From IMG/VR virus record IMGVR_UViG_2639762987_000003: 48,166 nucleotides of DNA. One strand, given 5' to 3'. Positions 16,776 to 26,985 of the stretch are shown in pieces. Each line of letters starts with the position of its first letter. The stretch's first letter is position 1. The stretch is from a virus (Duplodnaviria; Heunggongvirae; Uroviricota; Caudoviricetes). The notes under the pieces were generated by a model. That model ran no database searches and had not been told where the DNA came from. It saw only the letters and a list, made by a program, of their open reading frames with translations. The position numbers and the translations under genes are program-made.

Positions 16776-16877
16776 TCTCCGGTTTAACCAGGGCGGGTAT
16801 CGCTCGGTTTCGGGTATAACCATAGGAAATTTTTTCCCACCTGTAAAGCACTTTTTATATAAATCTATAATTATATA
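16776..16877 (-). promoter_or_regulatory. Promoter-leader cassette copy B (identical to copy A over 102 bp)
   Basis: Same -35 TTTACA / -10 TATGGT / leader / GGAG as copy A; contains TATAATTATA at 16866-16875. Confidence 0.6.
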
Positions 16878-16889
16878 ATTCTATGAGCA

Positions 16890-16916
16890 CAAAAAAGCCC
16901 CTTTGCAACAGGGGCT
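16890..16916 (-). terminator. Rho-independent terminator ending the higBA transcript
   Basis: On the minus strand, stem agcccct/aggggct with 7-nt loop followed by 6 U. Confidence 0.6.
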
Positions 16917-16931
16917 TATCATTCGTTCTGA

Positions 16932-17231
16932 TCAGATGTTAAACGCTATTCGTTTTCCTGTGGGAAGCTCAACATCCAGGCTTAATTTGCCTCCCATAGC
17001 TTCAACGTAACGCTTTAATGTCGCCAGCTTTAAATCATTTCCGCGCTGCTCCAGCTTTGTTACTGCTGGCTGGCTTATACCCATCGCCTCAGCAACCTGT
17101 TTTTGTGATAACTGGAGTTCTTCACGCATCATCTGCAAGCCGACCTCAAGAATCATCTCATCTGCCATTTCTTTAATTCGCGCCTGGCTTTCAGGTGAAC
17201 GGCTGGCAATCACCTCATCTAATGTTCTCAT
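16932..17231 (-). CDS. higA: HigA-like HTH antitoxin
   Basis: 99-aa HTH protein (LSQKQVAEAMGISQPAVTKLEQ) immediately downstream of the toxin gene, 1-nt overlap. Confidence 0.65.
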   Translation of the reverse strand: MRTLDEVIASRSPESQARIKEMADEMILEVGLQMMREELQLSQKQVAEAMGISQPAVTKLEQRGNDLKLATLKRYVEAMGGKLSLDVELPTGKRIAFNI

Positions 17232-17584
17232 TACTTGCTCTCCAGTGTGTTCAGATGTGCTGCAAACTCATCCTCAGCTATACGCACCAGTTTTTCATAA
17301 AACCGTTTATCGTTACTTTTGTCTCCTGCACAAAGAACGATGGCCCGGCGAATCGGATCGAACGCATAAAAGGCTCTGATCGGACGGCCAGAAAACTGAA
17401 CGCGAAGCTCTTTCATATTTTTGTACCGAGAACCTTTTACGGTATCGGCATATGGCCTGGGTAACTCAGGTCCGTAAACCTGTAGCTTTTTCAAATCAGC
17501 CAAAACCTTTTCCTGAAGAGCGTCTTCTTGCTCATTTAGCCAGTCGTCAAATCGCTGGCTAAAAAGTACCGTCCACATGCTCAA
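17231..17584 (-). CDS. higB: HigB/RelE-family toxin (Gp49-like addiction-module killer)
   Basis: 117-aa protein with segments typical of HigB-like toxins (PIRAFYAFDPIRRAIVLCAGDKSNDKRFYEKL); toxin-first gene order. Confidence 0.65.
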   Translation of the reverse strand: MSMWTVLFSQRFDDWLNEQEDALQEKVLADLKKLQVYGPELPRPYADTVKGSRYKNMKELRVQFSGRPIRAFYAFDPIRRAIVLCAGDKSNDKRFYEKLVRIAEDEFAAHLNTLESK

Positions 17585-17587
17585 TCC

Positions 17588-17633
17588 TATAACCTGTAGT
17601 TTATATCACTAACTATATAACCTGTGGGTTATA
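17588..17633. promoter_or_regulatory. Putative higBA operator: direct repeat TATAACCTGT (17588, 17616) with TATAACC/GGTTATA inverted arms
   Basis: Repeats lie directly upstream of the toxin start. Confidence 0.4.
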
Positions 17634-17822
17634 ATTTCAAGAAAAACGGGGCTATTTAACATAATGGACGTTATCGGCACCACCGGATCACCGTTCATTG
17701 TCGGATCTAAAAAATCCGCTCAAAAGATCATGTTTTCCTGGGCGTTTTCCACCGTTTTTTATGTTGCTTATTTGTTAATGAAATCTCGTTTTCAGTTTCG
17801 CCTCATTTTCGACGCGAAAGCC

Positions 17823-18113
17823 CTATTTTTGTGACTTTACTCCTGGCATATGGACTTCCCAGCGACGAATCCCCATAGCTGCGCAAAAATCAGCCACATA
17901 ATTCAATCCCGCCCATTCGCGGATACCACCACGGGCTTTTTCAATGAAAACGGCAATCCCTTTTTTATTGAGAGCAAAAAGCCGCCAGCTTTTTGTCACT
18001 TCGTCCTGGGTAGCCACAACACAAGTGAAAGCTCCCATGCGATACAGGTCCAAGAACTCTTTGCGTGTTTTGCGTACAAGTTCCATAACAAACCTCATAT
18101 TTGCATGTTTCAA
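17823..18113 (-). CDS. Hypothetical protein
   Basis: 96-aa ORF with start/stop overlap to the upstream gene. Confidence 0.4.
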   Translation of the reverse strand: MKHANMRFVMELVRKTRKEFLDLYRMGAFTCVVATQDEVTKSWRLFALNKKGIAVFIEKARGGIREWAGLNYVADFCAAMGIRRWEVHMPGVKSQK

Positions 18114-18409
18114 ACATCTGTTTTGTTATCAATGAAGATTAACCCTAACCCAGCGAAGTAACACAGCAGCGCCCAGGCTGCATACGGAATGCTGGATCTG
18201 GATGTGGACTCCTTTAACATCTGCCAGTTGCGAACATTGCGACTATCTTTTAAGCCTAGTTTTTTGGCCAACTGCGAGCCACTCATTCCGGTGAGGCCAA
18301 TGACTGCCCGAACTTCTCCACATGTAGGAGATTCCCATTCATCCGCTTTTTTTAAACAAGCCGGATTCAACATTTTTAAAACAGTATCTTTATCCATAAC
18401 CATCTCCAT
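18110..18409 (-). CDS. Hypothetical HTH-containing protein
   Basis: 99-aa ORF with HTH-like segment (MSGSQLAKKLGLKDSRNVRNWQ); directly downstream of the origin-like region. Confidence 0.4.
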   Translation of the reverse strand: MEMVMDKDTVLKMLNPACLKKADEWESPTCGEVRAVIGLTGMSGSQLAKKLGLKDSRNVRNWQMLKESTSRSSIPYAAWALLCYFAGLGLIFIDNKTDV

Positions 18410-18779
18410 TTATTATATCTACGATGGTAGGAAATCTTTTCCTATGTGGCAATAGAAATTTACTACATTGCGTATAAGACAAGTTTTCTATGTCTAATAG
18501 GAAATGATGTTTCTTACGTTTTATCGCGTTCTGATGGCTACTGTGTGCGTATTTCTCGACGTTTATTGATAAGGCTCGCCCCTTCCTCCTGCAAAGCCCG
18601 GCCGTAGGCCTTATTTCGGCCTTATATAAATTGATTTTGTATAGTTCGAAACGCGCCGTTTCGAAAAGGATGATCAGGCTGCTCCATGCCTCCGGCAAGT
18701 GCCGGAGGAGGTATATTTGAGCGTAGCGACTCGAACCGGCGCGAGCTTTAGCTCGCTGCAAGGGCGAACATATTCACAG

Positions 18780-19040
18780 GCAAAGCCTGCGTAAGTTAAA
18801 TAAAGAAAGTCTTAATAAAAGAAAGTGATTTTGCATTTATTTGTTTAGTGCATCTATTATAAAAAACCATTTGCATATACATATCAAAACTGTGGATAAC
18901 TTTATTAGCCGATGCCTGTAAAGGCGATATTTTTGCTGTGTTCCGGTTTAGAGAAAATTAATTTAGATTGTTTTTTGAACAGATATTTTATTGCGACGTA
19001 GATAATCCTCCGGTAAAACCGGATTCATCATTCAGGTGGG
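18780..19040. other. Candidate plasmid origin region downstream of repA (AT-rich, DnaA box 18891-18899)
   Basis: TTATCCACA (as tgtggataa on the plus strand), repeated ATTTGCAT motifs and a ccggtaaaaccgg hairpin; GC-rich hairpins follow at 18590-18780. Confidence 0.45.
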
Positions 19041-19889
19041 TTAATGTTGGAGTGATTTCCAGGTCTTTCTTAACCTGTTATAACGCTGCTCAACGAGGGA
19101 TCGTAAATATGCAAGGTCAGCTCCAGGATACATGCCATCAGCAAATTCCTGGCTAACCTCTCTAGTGATTTGATGACGAAGTTCGGCCTCTCCCTTTTCC
19201 CGAACAAGACGCGCAGCTCTCTCCGCTGCTTTCTGTTTTGCCTTTATCTCTCTGGCCGTCTTCCTCTGATGCCATACATTCTCCATCTGCTCCTGAATAA
19301 CAATACGCTTATAATCAGCCTCCGTTATCGCTTTTTTAAGCCGTTCGCTATTCTTCGCATTGAAGTAATTAAGTTTCTGGCTAACCGCACGTCTCCATGC
19401 TTGTTCAGTAATACCAACGGTTTCCAGCAGTTGATCACGAATCTCTATTTTCGCTGGCCAATACTGTTTATTCACCCGATCCCAGCGACGTTCATAATCA
19501 ATAAAACCTAACGCTTTCAGTTGCGACAACGCCCTTGTACAGCGCGTTATAGACTTGTTCCCAGCTTCGGATACGGTAGACAGGCCGCAAAAATCAGCCA
19601 ACGCCTCAGCACTGGCCAGAACCCGCTTAGAAATGATGTTTACATGGTGCAAAATCGCAGCGATCACAGCATTAATCGCCCGACGACGATGCTCGTTTAT
19701 CCGGCGCTTCCGCTCTGACGGTTGATTAACGTAGAACGCAACCTCACACGTAAGATCACGCCCATTAATGCGCTGTAAAGCATCAGATAACACCAGCGGC
19801 AGCTTGTGCGTATGGTGCTTTGGAGGCTGGAACTCCGGCGACAAATTACAAACGTAAGCTGAACGTAGAGACGGCATTGGTCTATCCAT
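19041..19889 (-). CDS. repA: IncFII-type RepA1-like replication initiator
   Basis: Segment KSITRCTRALSQLKALGFIDYE matches the RepA1 core as recalled; start set at Met 44 of the track ORF to give about 282 aa. Confidence 0.75.
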   Translation of the reverse strand: MDRPMPSLRSAYVCNLSPEFQPPKHHTHKLPLVLSDALQRINGRDLTCEVAFYVNQPSERKRRINEHRRRAINAVIAAILHHVNIISKRVLASAEALADFCGLSTVSEAGNKSITRCTRALSQLKALGFIDYERRWDRVNKQYWPAKIEIRDQLLETVGITEQAWRRAVSQKLNYFNAKNSERLKKAITEADYKRIVIQEQMENVWHQRKTAREIKAKQKAAERAARLVREKGEAELRHQITREVSQEFADGMYPGADLAYLRSLVEQRYNRLRKTWKSLQH

Positions 19890-19899
19890 ATGTTCGCTC

Positions 19900-20010
19900 T
19901 TGCGTCCACGGAAAACCAACGTATAATGGGAGTTGTCGAGGCGCCCATGGTTAGTTGTTGGTTTTCCGTGGATGTCGCAAGAAGCCCGCAGATTTATCTG
20001 CGGGCTTTTT
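19900..20010 (+). ncRNA. Candidate CopA-like antisense RNA over the repA leader
   Basis: 15-bp inverted repeat (19906-19920 with 19957-19971) followed by a perfect rho-independent terminator (19983-20010), both on the strand opposite to repA. Confidence 0.35.
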
Positions 20011-20054
20011 GTTTCCATATCTGGTCACTTTCCAACCAGACACCCACAATCATA

Positions 20055-20069
20055 ACCACGTTACGTGGT
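20055..20069. promoter_or_regulatory. ACCAC-N5-GTGGT operator site upstream of the repA leader
   Basis: accacgttacgtggt; same palindrome family as the repressor operators. Confidence 0.55.
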
Positions 20070-20484
20070 TTTAAGAGAACTCTACCACAACACTTTCGGT
20101 CATGCACGAAGTCTCTCACTGATCGAACGATAATCCACCAGTAAAAGGATCTAAATTGGATCTCGTTTTGCGAGCATCATACTACTGGCCTAACTCCAGT
20201 CAATGATTCCCAGCCAGAAACCTGCGGTAAACTCATCGTTCAGCAATATGCTGTCCGGCTTCAAAGATAAGGTGACATCATCCCTTAACAGCGCGGCCAG
20301 TTCAGTTAAAGGGCTGTTCTGATTTAATGCTGGCCACTCATACCTGGTAATAAGTGGTCAGTCTTAACACTCACCATTTGATTGCACCCGTGTTGACGAT
20401 TTGTTACTGGATATCAGACACGCTGGATAGCCAGTAGAAACATACCATTAAAATTATTACAATAATTGGTCACATGATTATCTT

Positions 20485-21048
20485 ATGCTGAATAATAAAG
20501 ATATGAATATTAATGAACTTAAAGACTGTATTCACTATGAAGTAATCGGTAGCGAGCGTCCTTTCTCCTGGCGAAAGGCAATTGTTCGCGCAATAAAACA
20601 TAGAAGGGTTCGTTATTTATTTTGGTGGCGCATAGCCAAATACCTTTTTGATAAAGGCGGATACTGTCGGAAGATTGCGGGAAAAATAGAACGTTTCATT
20701 CTTGATAAATATAATGTAACAGTCCCTTTAACTGTAAATATAGGGAAAGGCTTTGATATTTCTTATCTCAACAGTGTTGTTATCGGTCACAAAGTAACAA
20801 TCGGTGAAAATTGTTCAATTAAGCCCGGAGTAACTATTGGACTTCGCGGGGAATTTAATGATATGGATATTGTTATAGGGCATAATGTGACCATTGGTTG
20901 TAATGCCACCATTCTTGGTGGCAAAGTGCGTATAGGAAACAATGTCACAATAGGTGCTCATGCATTGGTATTGCATGATATTCCTGATGATTCAACATTC
21001 ATCACTAAATTTCAGTCTGAAGTTATCTGCTCGTCCTCCCGAACATAA
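20485..21048 (+). CDS. Hexapeptide-repeat (left-handed beta-helix) acyl/acetyltransferase; candidate moron
   Basis: Repeated [LIV]-G-x-x-x-x hexapeptides ([22 protein letters not shown]...[32 protein letters not shown]); AT-rich segment; converges on the tail-fibre assembly gene. Confidence 0.7.
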   Translation: MLNNKDMNINELKDCIHYEVIGSERPFSWRKAIVRAIKHRRVRYLFWWRIAKYLFDKGGYCRKIAGKIERFILDKYNVTVPLTVNIGKGFDISYLNSVVIGHKVTIGENCSIKPGVTIGLRGEFNDMDIVIGHNVTIGCNATILGGKVRIGNNVTIGAHALVLHDIPDDSTFITKFQSEVICSSSRT

Positions 21049-21629
21049 CCCTGATTCATCAGCTCTGGCCATACGATATCCGGAGCTGTACTGGTGTCAA
21101 TTCTACTCACTAATACTCTGTATTTTCTCCAGGAATCCAGTTGTGAATTTTCCTCGTTTGTTGCTATTTCAAGATTAACTGCATCCTGCAGAATTGCGAT
21201 GTTATCTGTTGCTTCCTGGATCAACCTTGCCTTTTTCTCTTCCGCTTCCCGTATCCGAAACAGTTTTTCTGCTTCCTCATCATTCACCCAGGATACGCCG
21301 TCCCACTTCTGATACTCCCCTGCTGGCGACAACCAGGTGACATTCTCTGGTAGCGGTCCGAGTTCAGAAATAAACAATGCGTCCCCCGACGCCACGTCAT
21401 AGACCGTTTTACCACGATGGTCTTCAACAATATTCCACGATTCATTTTCACTGTTAAAAACTGCCACAAAGCCAGCAGGAATTTCCGGTGGGGCGATATC
21501 TGTAGAATTAGCTGGCAGCCCTGTATGAGGTGGAATATATGCGTCACCTTCACCAATAAACTCATTAGTTCCGGCCAGCAGGTTATAAATTTTTACGGTA
21601 CGTGATTGTTCACTCATTCTGAATGCCAT
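21012..21629 (-). CDS. Tail fibre assembly chaperone
   Basis: 205-aa protein directly downstream of the tail fibre gene, typical Tfa size and position. Confidence 0.7.
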   Translation of the reverse strand: MAFRMSEQSRTVKIYNLLAGTNEFIGEGDAYIPPHTGLPANSTDIAPPEIPAGFVAVFNSENESWNIVEDHRGKTVYDVASGDALFISELGPLPENVTWLSPAGEYQKWDGVSWVNDEEAEKLFRIREAEEKKARLIQEATDNIAILQDAVNLEIATNEENSQLDSWRKYRVLVSRIDTSTAPDIVWPELMNQGYVREDEQITSD

Positions 21630-24475
21630 TATGCAAGCCTCACAATATAATTAAATGCGATGTTTTTAACGGTGTTTTCCGCGTTACCAGCAGCGTTAAC
21701 GGTGATGGTGTGTCCATGTGAACCAATCTTAACAGAGTGCGTATGAGCGCCAATACCAACAGTGTGTGCATGTGCCCCAGCACTTGTAGCGGTACCTGAT
21801 ACTGAGTGGGTATGTGCGCCAGAAGAAGGCACAGTTCCATTCCCCACCACCGTGCCACTTGATGAACCATCCAGCCAGTCGAAATTCATACCGCCACTGT
21901 TTGGTCTCCTTAATGGAACGGTATGAGTATGTGCGCCAGCACTATTTGCAGTACCAGATACATTGTGGGTATGTGCACCTGTGTTATTCGTTGATTTAGT
22001 ACCGTAATCAAACGACGATGTGGTTTTCGTACCCAAATCCGTACTGGATGCGCTGGCACTGTGGGTGTGCGATTTAATGCCATCCTGTTCCTGAGACAAT
22101 ACGGCCCGACCACTGGCGGGTTTGCCCTTGATTGTCCAGCCGCGCATATCTGGAATAACACCAGAAGGATAGGCAATAGCCAGTTTCGGATATGCTGCCT
22201 TATCAAACGTCTGCCCCTGCATGATTGCATAACCTGCAGGTGGCGTATCTGATGGCCACGGCAGCGGAACACCTGGCGGAAACGCTTCAATATTTGCCGA
22301 GCCGTCAAATTTTACGCCGTTAATTGTCCTTGCCGTTTTCAGCTTTGTTGCTGTAGCAGCATTGCCGGATAGTTCGCCTGAAAGACCACCGCTGAATGTC
22401 TGTTTCGCCATCCATGTCTGAGCTTCGTCGATAATTGGCACACGTCTTGTCGTGATCGTGCGGCTTCCCGGATTTCCTGAAATGCGAACCATAAAAAAGC
22501 GGTAGTTGGCTTTACTTACAGTGCTGCGCCATACATGCATTGAGCGTCCCGAACCAGAATCATCACTCGGACCGACTGAGATGTTTATCAGGTTGCCATC
22601 AATGACGCCCCAGTCCATACCGTCGGGAATATTGGTCATGTTATCAAGCCGAACGGTTATCAGACTGCCCGGCACAAAATCGTAGGTCTGCCAGTCCAGG
22701 CTGGTGAGCTTTGCCACAGCACCGCCGATACCCAGATTCAGGGGAAGTGAATACGAGGTGTAGACTTCCCGCCATTCGCTCCATGAGCTGCCGGTAAAGA
22801 CGCGCTCAAAGGTGCGGCCTTTAAGGGTTGTACCTGTTCCGGCAGTTGTATAACGCTGCCATACATTAACACCATCAAACCGCCTCAACACTTCCAGAAT
22901 GCCGAGTACAGTCACGCCGTTTCCGTCCAGTACTGGACCGTTGGTCGCTTTACCTGTAACGCTGTAAATACCTGGTGAGGTTACATCATTCAAATCACCT
23001 TCGTAATAACGACTCTCTGACTGATGACCGACTCTTAACCACGGTTCCCACTGCGGATTTGATGCATCCCAGCTTGCCGCAAGACAGCGGACATACATAT
23101 TTCCACGGCGAGTGGTATAACGTTGCGTTCTTCCATAATTTCCGCCTTCGAGGATCTCAAGCATCCCCTGAGCAAAGCCGCCTTCCTCTGGATAATTGCG
23201 TTCATATGAAGCTATAGCTGAGCTACTGTTACGCCATAAACCAAGATGCTCGGCGGCTCCAAGCGTATTCAGGTCTATAGTCGTACTCAAAGGGCGGGTA
23301 GCAGATTGAGTGTGACGCCATACGCCCCACGGACCATCAGTGCCATTCCACTTATTGGCGAGTTTACGCATGTATACATTGCCGCCTCCCGTGGTAAAGC
23401 GTTGCGTACCTGCAAAATTGCCGGCAGCAAAAACCTCAAGCACACCGACAGCATTATCTTCCGGGAAATTTTTCTCCAGTGTTGCGTTGGTGGATGTTGC
23501 TTTAGACCAGATACCTGAATAAGCCTTAACAGGACCAAACGTATTCAGATCAGCATCAAGCGGCATTTCGCCATTGTTTTTCATAAACGTCAGGCTGGTA
23601 ACGCCAACATTGTCCAGAAAAGCTGATTTATCCTGGATATCTGCACCGTTCTGATTTTTCGCCAGACGTGAATTTGCGTTGTCATTTGCTGCCTTGACCG
23701 CTTTTGGCGTTGCCGCCTGCGTTTCAGACGTACTGTTAGTGGCACTACTGAGCTGAACTATCCCTTTTTGTGCCGTGGTGGCATTCTGGGCGGTATATTT
23801 TCCGTCAGCCAGGTCATATGCAGCCTTAACAGCCTTAGGCGTCGCTGCGAGCTTTTCAGACGTGCTATTGGTGGCATTACTGAGTTGAACAATGCCTTTT
23901 GATGTTAAAGTTGCATCAGGATGATTACGTGATTGCTCATGTTTTACAATAGCTTGCTTAAGCCGCTTTGCTGAAACAGCCAGGGAATCATCTGTACCTG
24001 CATCAATTTCTTGTTCATTAGCAAATCTTGCTACTCCAACAACAGTTTCGGTTGCGGGAGGGTTAATAAACTCAACATCACCAAATGTAATGTTTTTAGT
24101 ATCAAGATTTTTAATTGCTATATCACTTGATATTAAAGCAATTGTAGAAGATGCTTTATTTATTATTACTTGTTCTTGCGAGTATACAGCAAACAATGTT
24201 CCTTTATTTGTATACAAACCTATTGTATGGACAGCATACTCATCTTTACTATCATCCTTCGCAGTTACATGAATGGTATCAGGAGAAACGACTTTGCCTC
24301 CTATTGTGGTAAGTCGCTTTATTTCATCTGTTATTTTTGTTTGTGTGGTTGATGTGGCATAATATCTACTACCTAAACCAACAGAAACGATCTCAACTTT
24401 ATTTGTTCCAGTCTTGTTGGCATTAACCAGCGCCTTACGCCCGGCGTCAGTCATCGTAAATAATAATTTACTCAC
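21629..24475 (-). CDS. Tail fibre protein
   Basis: 948-aa protein with His-rich GAH(T/A)H(S/T)V repeats at the C-terminus. Confidence 0.8.
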   Translation of the reverse strand: MSKLLFTMTDAGRKALVNANKTGTNKVEIVSVGLGSRYYATSTTQTKITDEIKRLTTIGGKVVSPDTIHVTAKDDSKDEYAVHTIGLYTNKGTLFAVYSQEQVIINKASSTIALISSDIAIKNLDTKNITFGDVEFINPPATETVVGVARFANEQEIDAGTDDSLAVSAKRLKQAIVKHEQSRNHPDATLTSKGIVQLSNATNSTSEKLAATPKAVKAAYDLADGKYTAQNATTAQKGIVQLSSATNSTSETQAATPKAVKAANDNANSRLAKNQNGADIQDKSAFLDNVGVTSLTFMKNNGEMPLDADLNTFGPVKAYSGIWSKATSTNATLEKNFPEDNAVGVLEVFAAGNFAGTQRFTTGGGNVYMRKLANKWNGTDGPWGVWRHTQSATRPLSTTIDLNTLGAAEHLGLWRNSSSAIASYERNYPEEGGFAQGMLEILEGGNYGRTQRYTTRRGNMYVRCLAASWDASNPQWEPWLRVGHQSESRYYEGDLNDVTSPGIYSVTGKATNGPVLDGNGVTVLGILEVLRRFDGVNVWQRYTTAGTGTTLKGRTFERVFTGSSWSEWREVYTSYSLPLNLGIGGAVAKLTSLDWQTYDFVPGSLITVRLDNMTNIPDGMDWGVIDGNLINISVGPSDDSGSGRSMHVWRSTVSKANYRFFMVRISGNPGSRTITTRRVPIIDEAQTWMAKQTFSGGLSGELSGNAATATKLKTARTINGVKFDGSANIEAFPPGVPLPWPSDTPPAGYAIMQGQTFDKAAYPKLAIAYPSGVIPDMRGWTIKGKPASGRAVLSQEQDGIKSHTHSASASSTDLGTKTTSSFDYGTKSTNNTGAHTHNVSGTANSAGAHTHTVPLRRPNSGGMNFDWLDGSSSGTVVGNGTVPSSGAHTHSVSGTATSAGAHAHTVGIGAHTHSVKIGSHGHTITVNAAGNAENTVKNIAFNYIVRLA

Positions 24476-24505
24476 GCTTAATTCCTTGGATTAACAAATC
24501 GCAAA

Positions 24506-25087
24506 TTAGCACTCACCAATTAATCGTACATAAGACACAGGCTGGAAAGCACCGACAATACCAACACCACCTGAAACATTGGTTGCTTGCGAAAATGTAA
24601 ATAGTGTTCTTGCCGACTTTGCACTCTTGATACTTCTTAACGTATCCTCCAACATCTCTTTCGAAGGAACAGCACCATCAAAAGAGTTAATCGAAGCAAC
24701 AATTGAGGCTGTATATGGTTCGCCAGGTGGTGATGTTTCAAACCATTCTGTTATGTTTACCTCTCCACCCAAGCTATTTACTACATCTTCAACCGCTGCC
24801 CTTGTACCCTTTATTCGCTTTGTTCGTATTATTGATTTAAAAACAGAACGCTTTAACAATACAGGCCAACTATCCCTCCATGTATCAGCATTCCATTGCC
24901 AAGCTAAATGATCGAGAACAACTGAGTCCAGGTTATCAACAACGCTATATATTTCTGTCTTATATATTAAATTGTTAATTGCTTGTAGTTCATCATCAAT
25001 AGCTTTCGACATAGCTATCACGTTGGGATCGCTAGCTAAGTTAGGAGGTAAAACATCCAACAAGCTAACATTAAAGATATCAGCCAT
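24506..25087 (-). CDS. Baseplate/tail protein, P2 gpI-like
   Basis: 193-aa protein in the gpI position after the gpJ-like gene. Confidence 0.6.
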   Translation of the reverse strand: MADIFNVSLLDVLPPNLASDPNVIAMSKAIDDELQAINNLIYKTEIYSVVDNLDSVVLDHLAWQWNADTWRDSWPVLLKRSVFKSIIRTKRIKGTRAAVEDVVNSLGGEVNITEWFETSPPGEPYTASIVASINSFDGAVPSKEMLEDTLRSIKSAKSARTLFTFSQATNVSGGVGIVGAFQPVSYVRLIGEC

Positions 25088-26204
25088 CCTCTAACCCCGC
25101 ATACTGGCAATTTATATTTCTCTCTCTGGCGACCTGTGTCTCTCCAATCACAGTAAAAACAGGACTTGATATTTCTAATCTTTTAGCCCCAGCATTTTTT
25201 AAACGTTGAATAATTTCATCTGGATTTATATCTCTTCCCATAACCGAACGTTGCCATTGTTTATACTCATCAATAGCTTTCTCAACCTCACTTTGAATTA
25301 AAGTTGTTCTGTTTTTGTCCGATGAGTTAATCCAGTATTTAATTATTATATCGTATTCAATGCTCTCTGGTTTCTTAACAAGAACTTTATCTGTGAATGG
25401 TCGAATATTAGTTGCAGAGAGAACGCTATTTATCTGCTCTAATAGTTCATTAGAAGGTATATCTCCGTTCTCTAACAAAGAACGGATTTCTACAATTCCG
25501 GGCGATGGTGTATATACATTCACATCTTTTATATTCTGATTGGCTGTTCTTGTCCAATATTTATAAGAATCCTCCGGCCCTGCTGTAGACAGTTTTTCCG
25601 GCGACAGTTTTATTCTTTCAGCATAATTATCATCTGACTCCGTATCAGCACCAGAATTAGATGTTGTTACATTCCTTACGCTGGAAACATACGGCAACGG
25701 AGTCACCAACTCATTTATTTGCCCTGGTAAAAAGCCATTCCCAGATAAACCAGGTATAACAGCATATCCTGAGACTGTACCAACTGTTTTCCCAGCAGGT
25801 ATTTCCAACAAAATATCTGTTTGGAAAATAACACCATTTCCAGTTGAAACTTGAGTGCCAGCAGGTATTGTATATATCCCCGATAATTTTGTTGACAGAT
25901 TAAACTCAAATGTAGTCAAGGCAGATTGAGCTTCCAGCCTAGGCGTATCCGTCAGATAGCCTATATGGTCGAGATATTCACCTTCACCATATGTAAGAAG
26001 GTTTTGTTTTGCAGAAAAATCGATAGCTTTTCTTTGCTGTATAATAATCTCACACAATGATAAGATGAATAATCTACGTGGATCAGCAGGTGCTAATGTT
26101 TCACCTGTTATACTCTCAAAAGCCCTGATTGAACGAGTTGTTATATCAGTCGGGTTAGAATCTGCGAAAGTAATATCTGGCAAACCACCACGCGGCAACG
26201 TCAT
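25080..26204 (-). CDS. Baseplate protein, gpJ-like
   Basis: 374-aa protein in the W-J-I order typical of P2/Mu-like baseplates. Confidence 0.65.
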   Translation of the reverse strand: MTLPRGGLPDITFADSNPTDITTRSIRAFESITGETLAPADPRRLFILSLCEIIIQQRKAIDFSAKQNLLTYGEGEYLDHIGYLTDTPRLEAQSALTTFEFNLSTKLSGIYTIPAGTQVSTGNGVIFQTDILLEIPAGKTVGTVSGYAVIPGLSGNGFLPGQINELVTPLPYVSSVRNVTTSNSGADTESDDNYAERIKLSPEKLSTAGPEDSYKYWTRTANQNIKDVNVYTPSPGIVEIRSLLENGDIPSNELLEQINSVLSATNIRPFTDKVLVKKPESIEYDIIIKYWINSSDKNRTTLIQSEVEKAIDEYKQWQRSVMGRDINPDEIIQRLKNAGAKRLEISSPVFTVIGETQVARERNINCQYAGLEDG

Positions 26205-26521
26205 TCTCTAACTCCTATCACAAGTTTTGGCCTAATAAAACCATCAGAAACGTCCGTTCTTTCAAAAGTAACAGAATGGATAATCGCTCTAGGCTCAAAC
26301 TCACTAATTTTTTGAATTATTTCTCGTGTTGCTGTAGCAATAAAAATTGGACTAGGGCTATCAACAAGACTTGAATTAATTCCTAATTTTCTGGCATATG
26401 GTACAGTGCCAATTTGAGTATTAATAATAGTAGAGACATTTTGCAAAACTTCTTCTACAACTGTTTTGGGCGACCAATCAATCGAGTAAGAAGGTGATGA
26501 TATGGTAAACGTATTATTCAT
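26201..26521 (-). CDS. Baseplate assembly protein, gpW/gp25-like
   Basis: 106-aa protein between the V-like and J-like genes. Confidence 0.6.
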   Translation of the reverse strand: MNNTFTISSPSYSIDWSPKTVVEEVLQNVSTIINTQIGTVPYARKLGINSSLVDSPSPIFIATATREIIQKISEFEPRAIIHSVTFERTDVSDGFIRPKLVIGVRE

Positions 26522-26985
26522 AATAATTTACCTAACGCACTTCTAGTTTTTGACTCTATATTGCCAGCAATATCAACTAATGCTTCTTTCAGAGAGGTCT
26601 GTCCGACTTCCTGTAATTTAATGCCGACGATAATCACTCGTGGATTCCCAGTTGGACCGAAATAAGTCCATGATTCCTCTATATCTGTAATTATAAAATT
26701 ACCAAAATACTGAATACCAATTACAACAGGATTTACTTCCTGAATTGATTGCATTGTCCTAAGTAATGAAAGCGCAGCCAATGGAACAATGCCAAGTGTT
26801 GTATCCAACCGCATATTAAAACTAACTTCATCCAGATCTGGACCTATATCCTCCAGAACAGGTTTAAGCCCAATAACATCATGGCGCGCTACACGACGCT
26901 TTGACGTCCTTTTAAAATTGTTGAACGTATTCACCACTATTGATGAGGCAACAAAAGGCATTGTACCAAGCATACCCACAATCAT
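26518..26985 (-). CDS. Putative baseplate component
   Basis: 155-aa ORF inside the baseplate gene block. Confidence 0.45.
   Translation of the reverse strand: MIVGMLGTMPFVASSIVVNTFNNFKRTSKRRVARHDVIGLKPVLEDIGPDLDEVSFNMRLDTTLGIVPLAALSLLRTMQSIQEVNPVVIGIQYFGNFIITDIEESWTYFGPTGNPRVIIVGIKLQEVGQTSLKEALVDIAGNIESKTRSALGKLL

Noticed and set aside
18390-18761. 123-aa minus-strand ORF
   Set aside because: Covers the GC-rich hairpins and repeats downstream of repA and runs into the 18110..18409 gene; more likely origin-associated structure.
21629-22100. His-rich GAH(T/A)H(S/T)V repeats as a separate metal-binding gene
   Set aside because: They are the in-frame C-terminal repeats of the tail fibre protein, not a separate gene.
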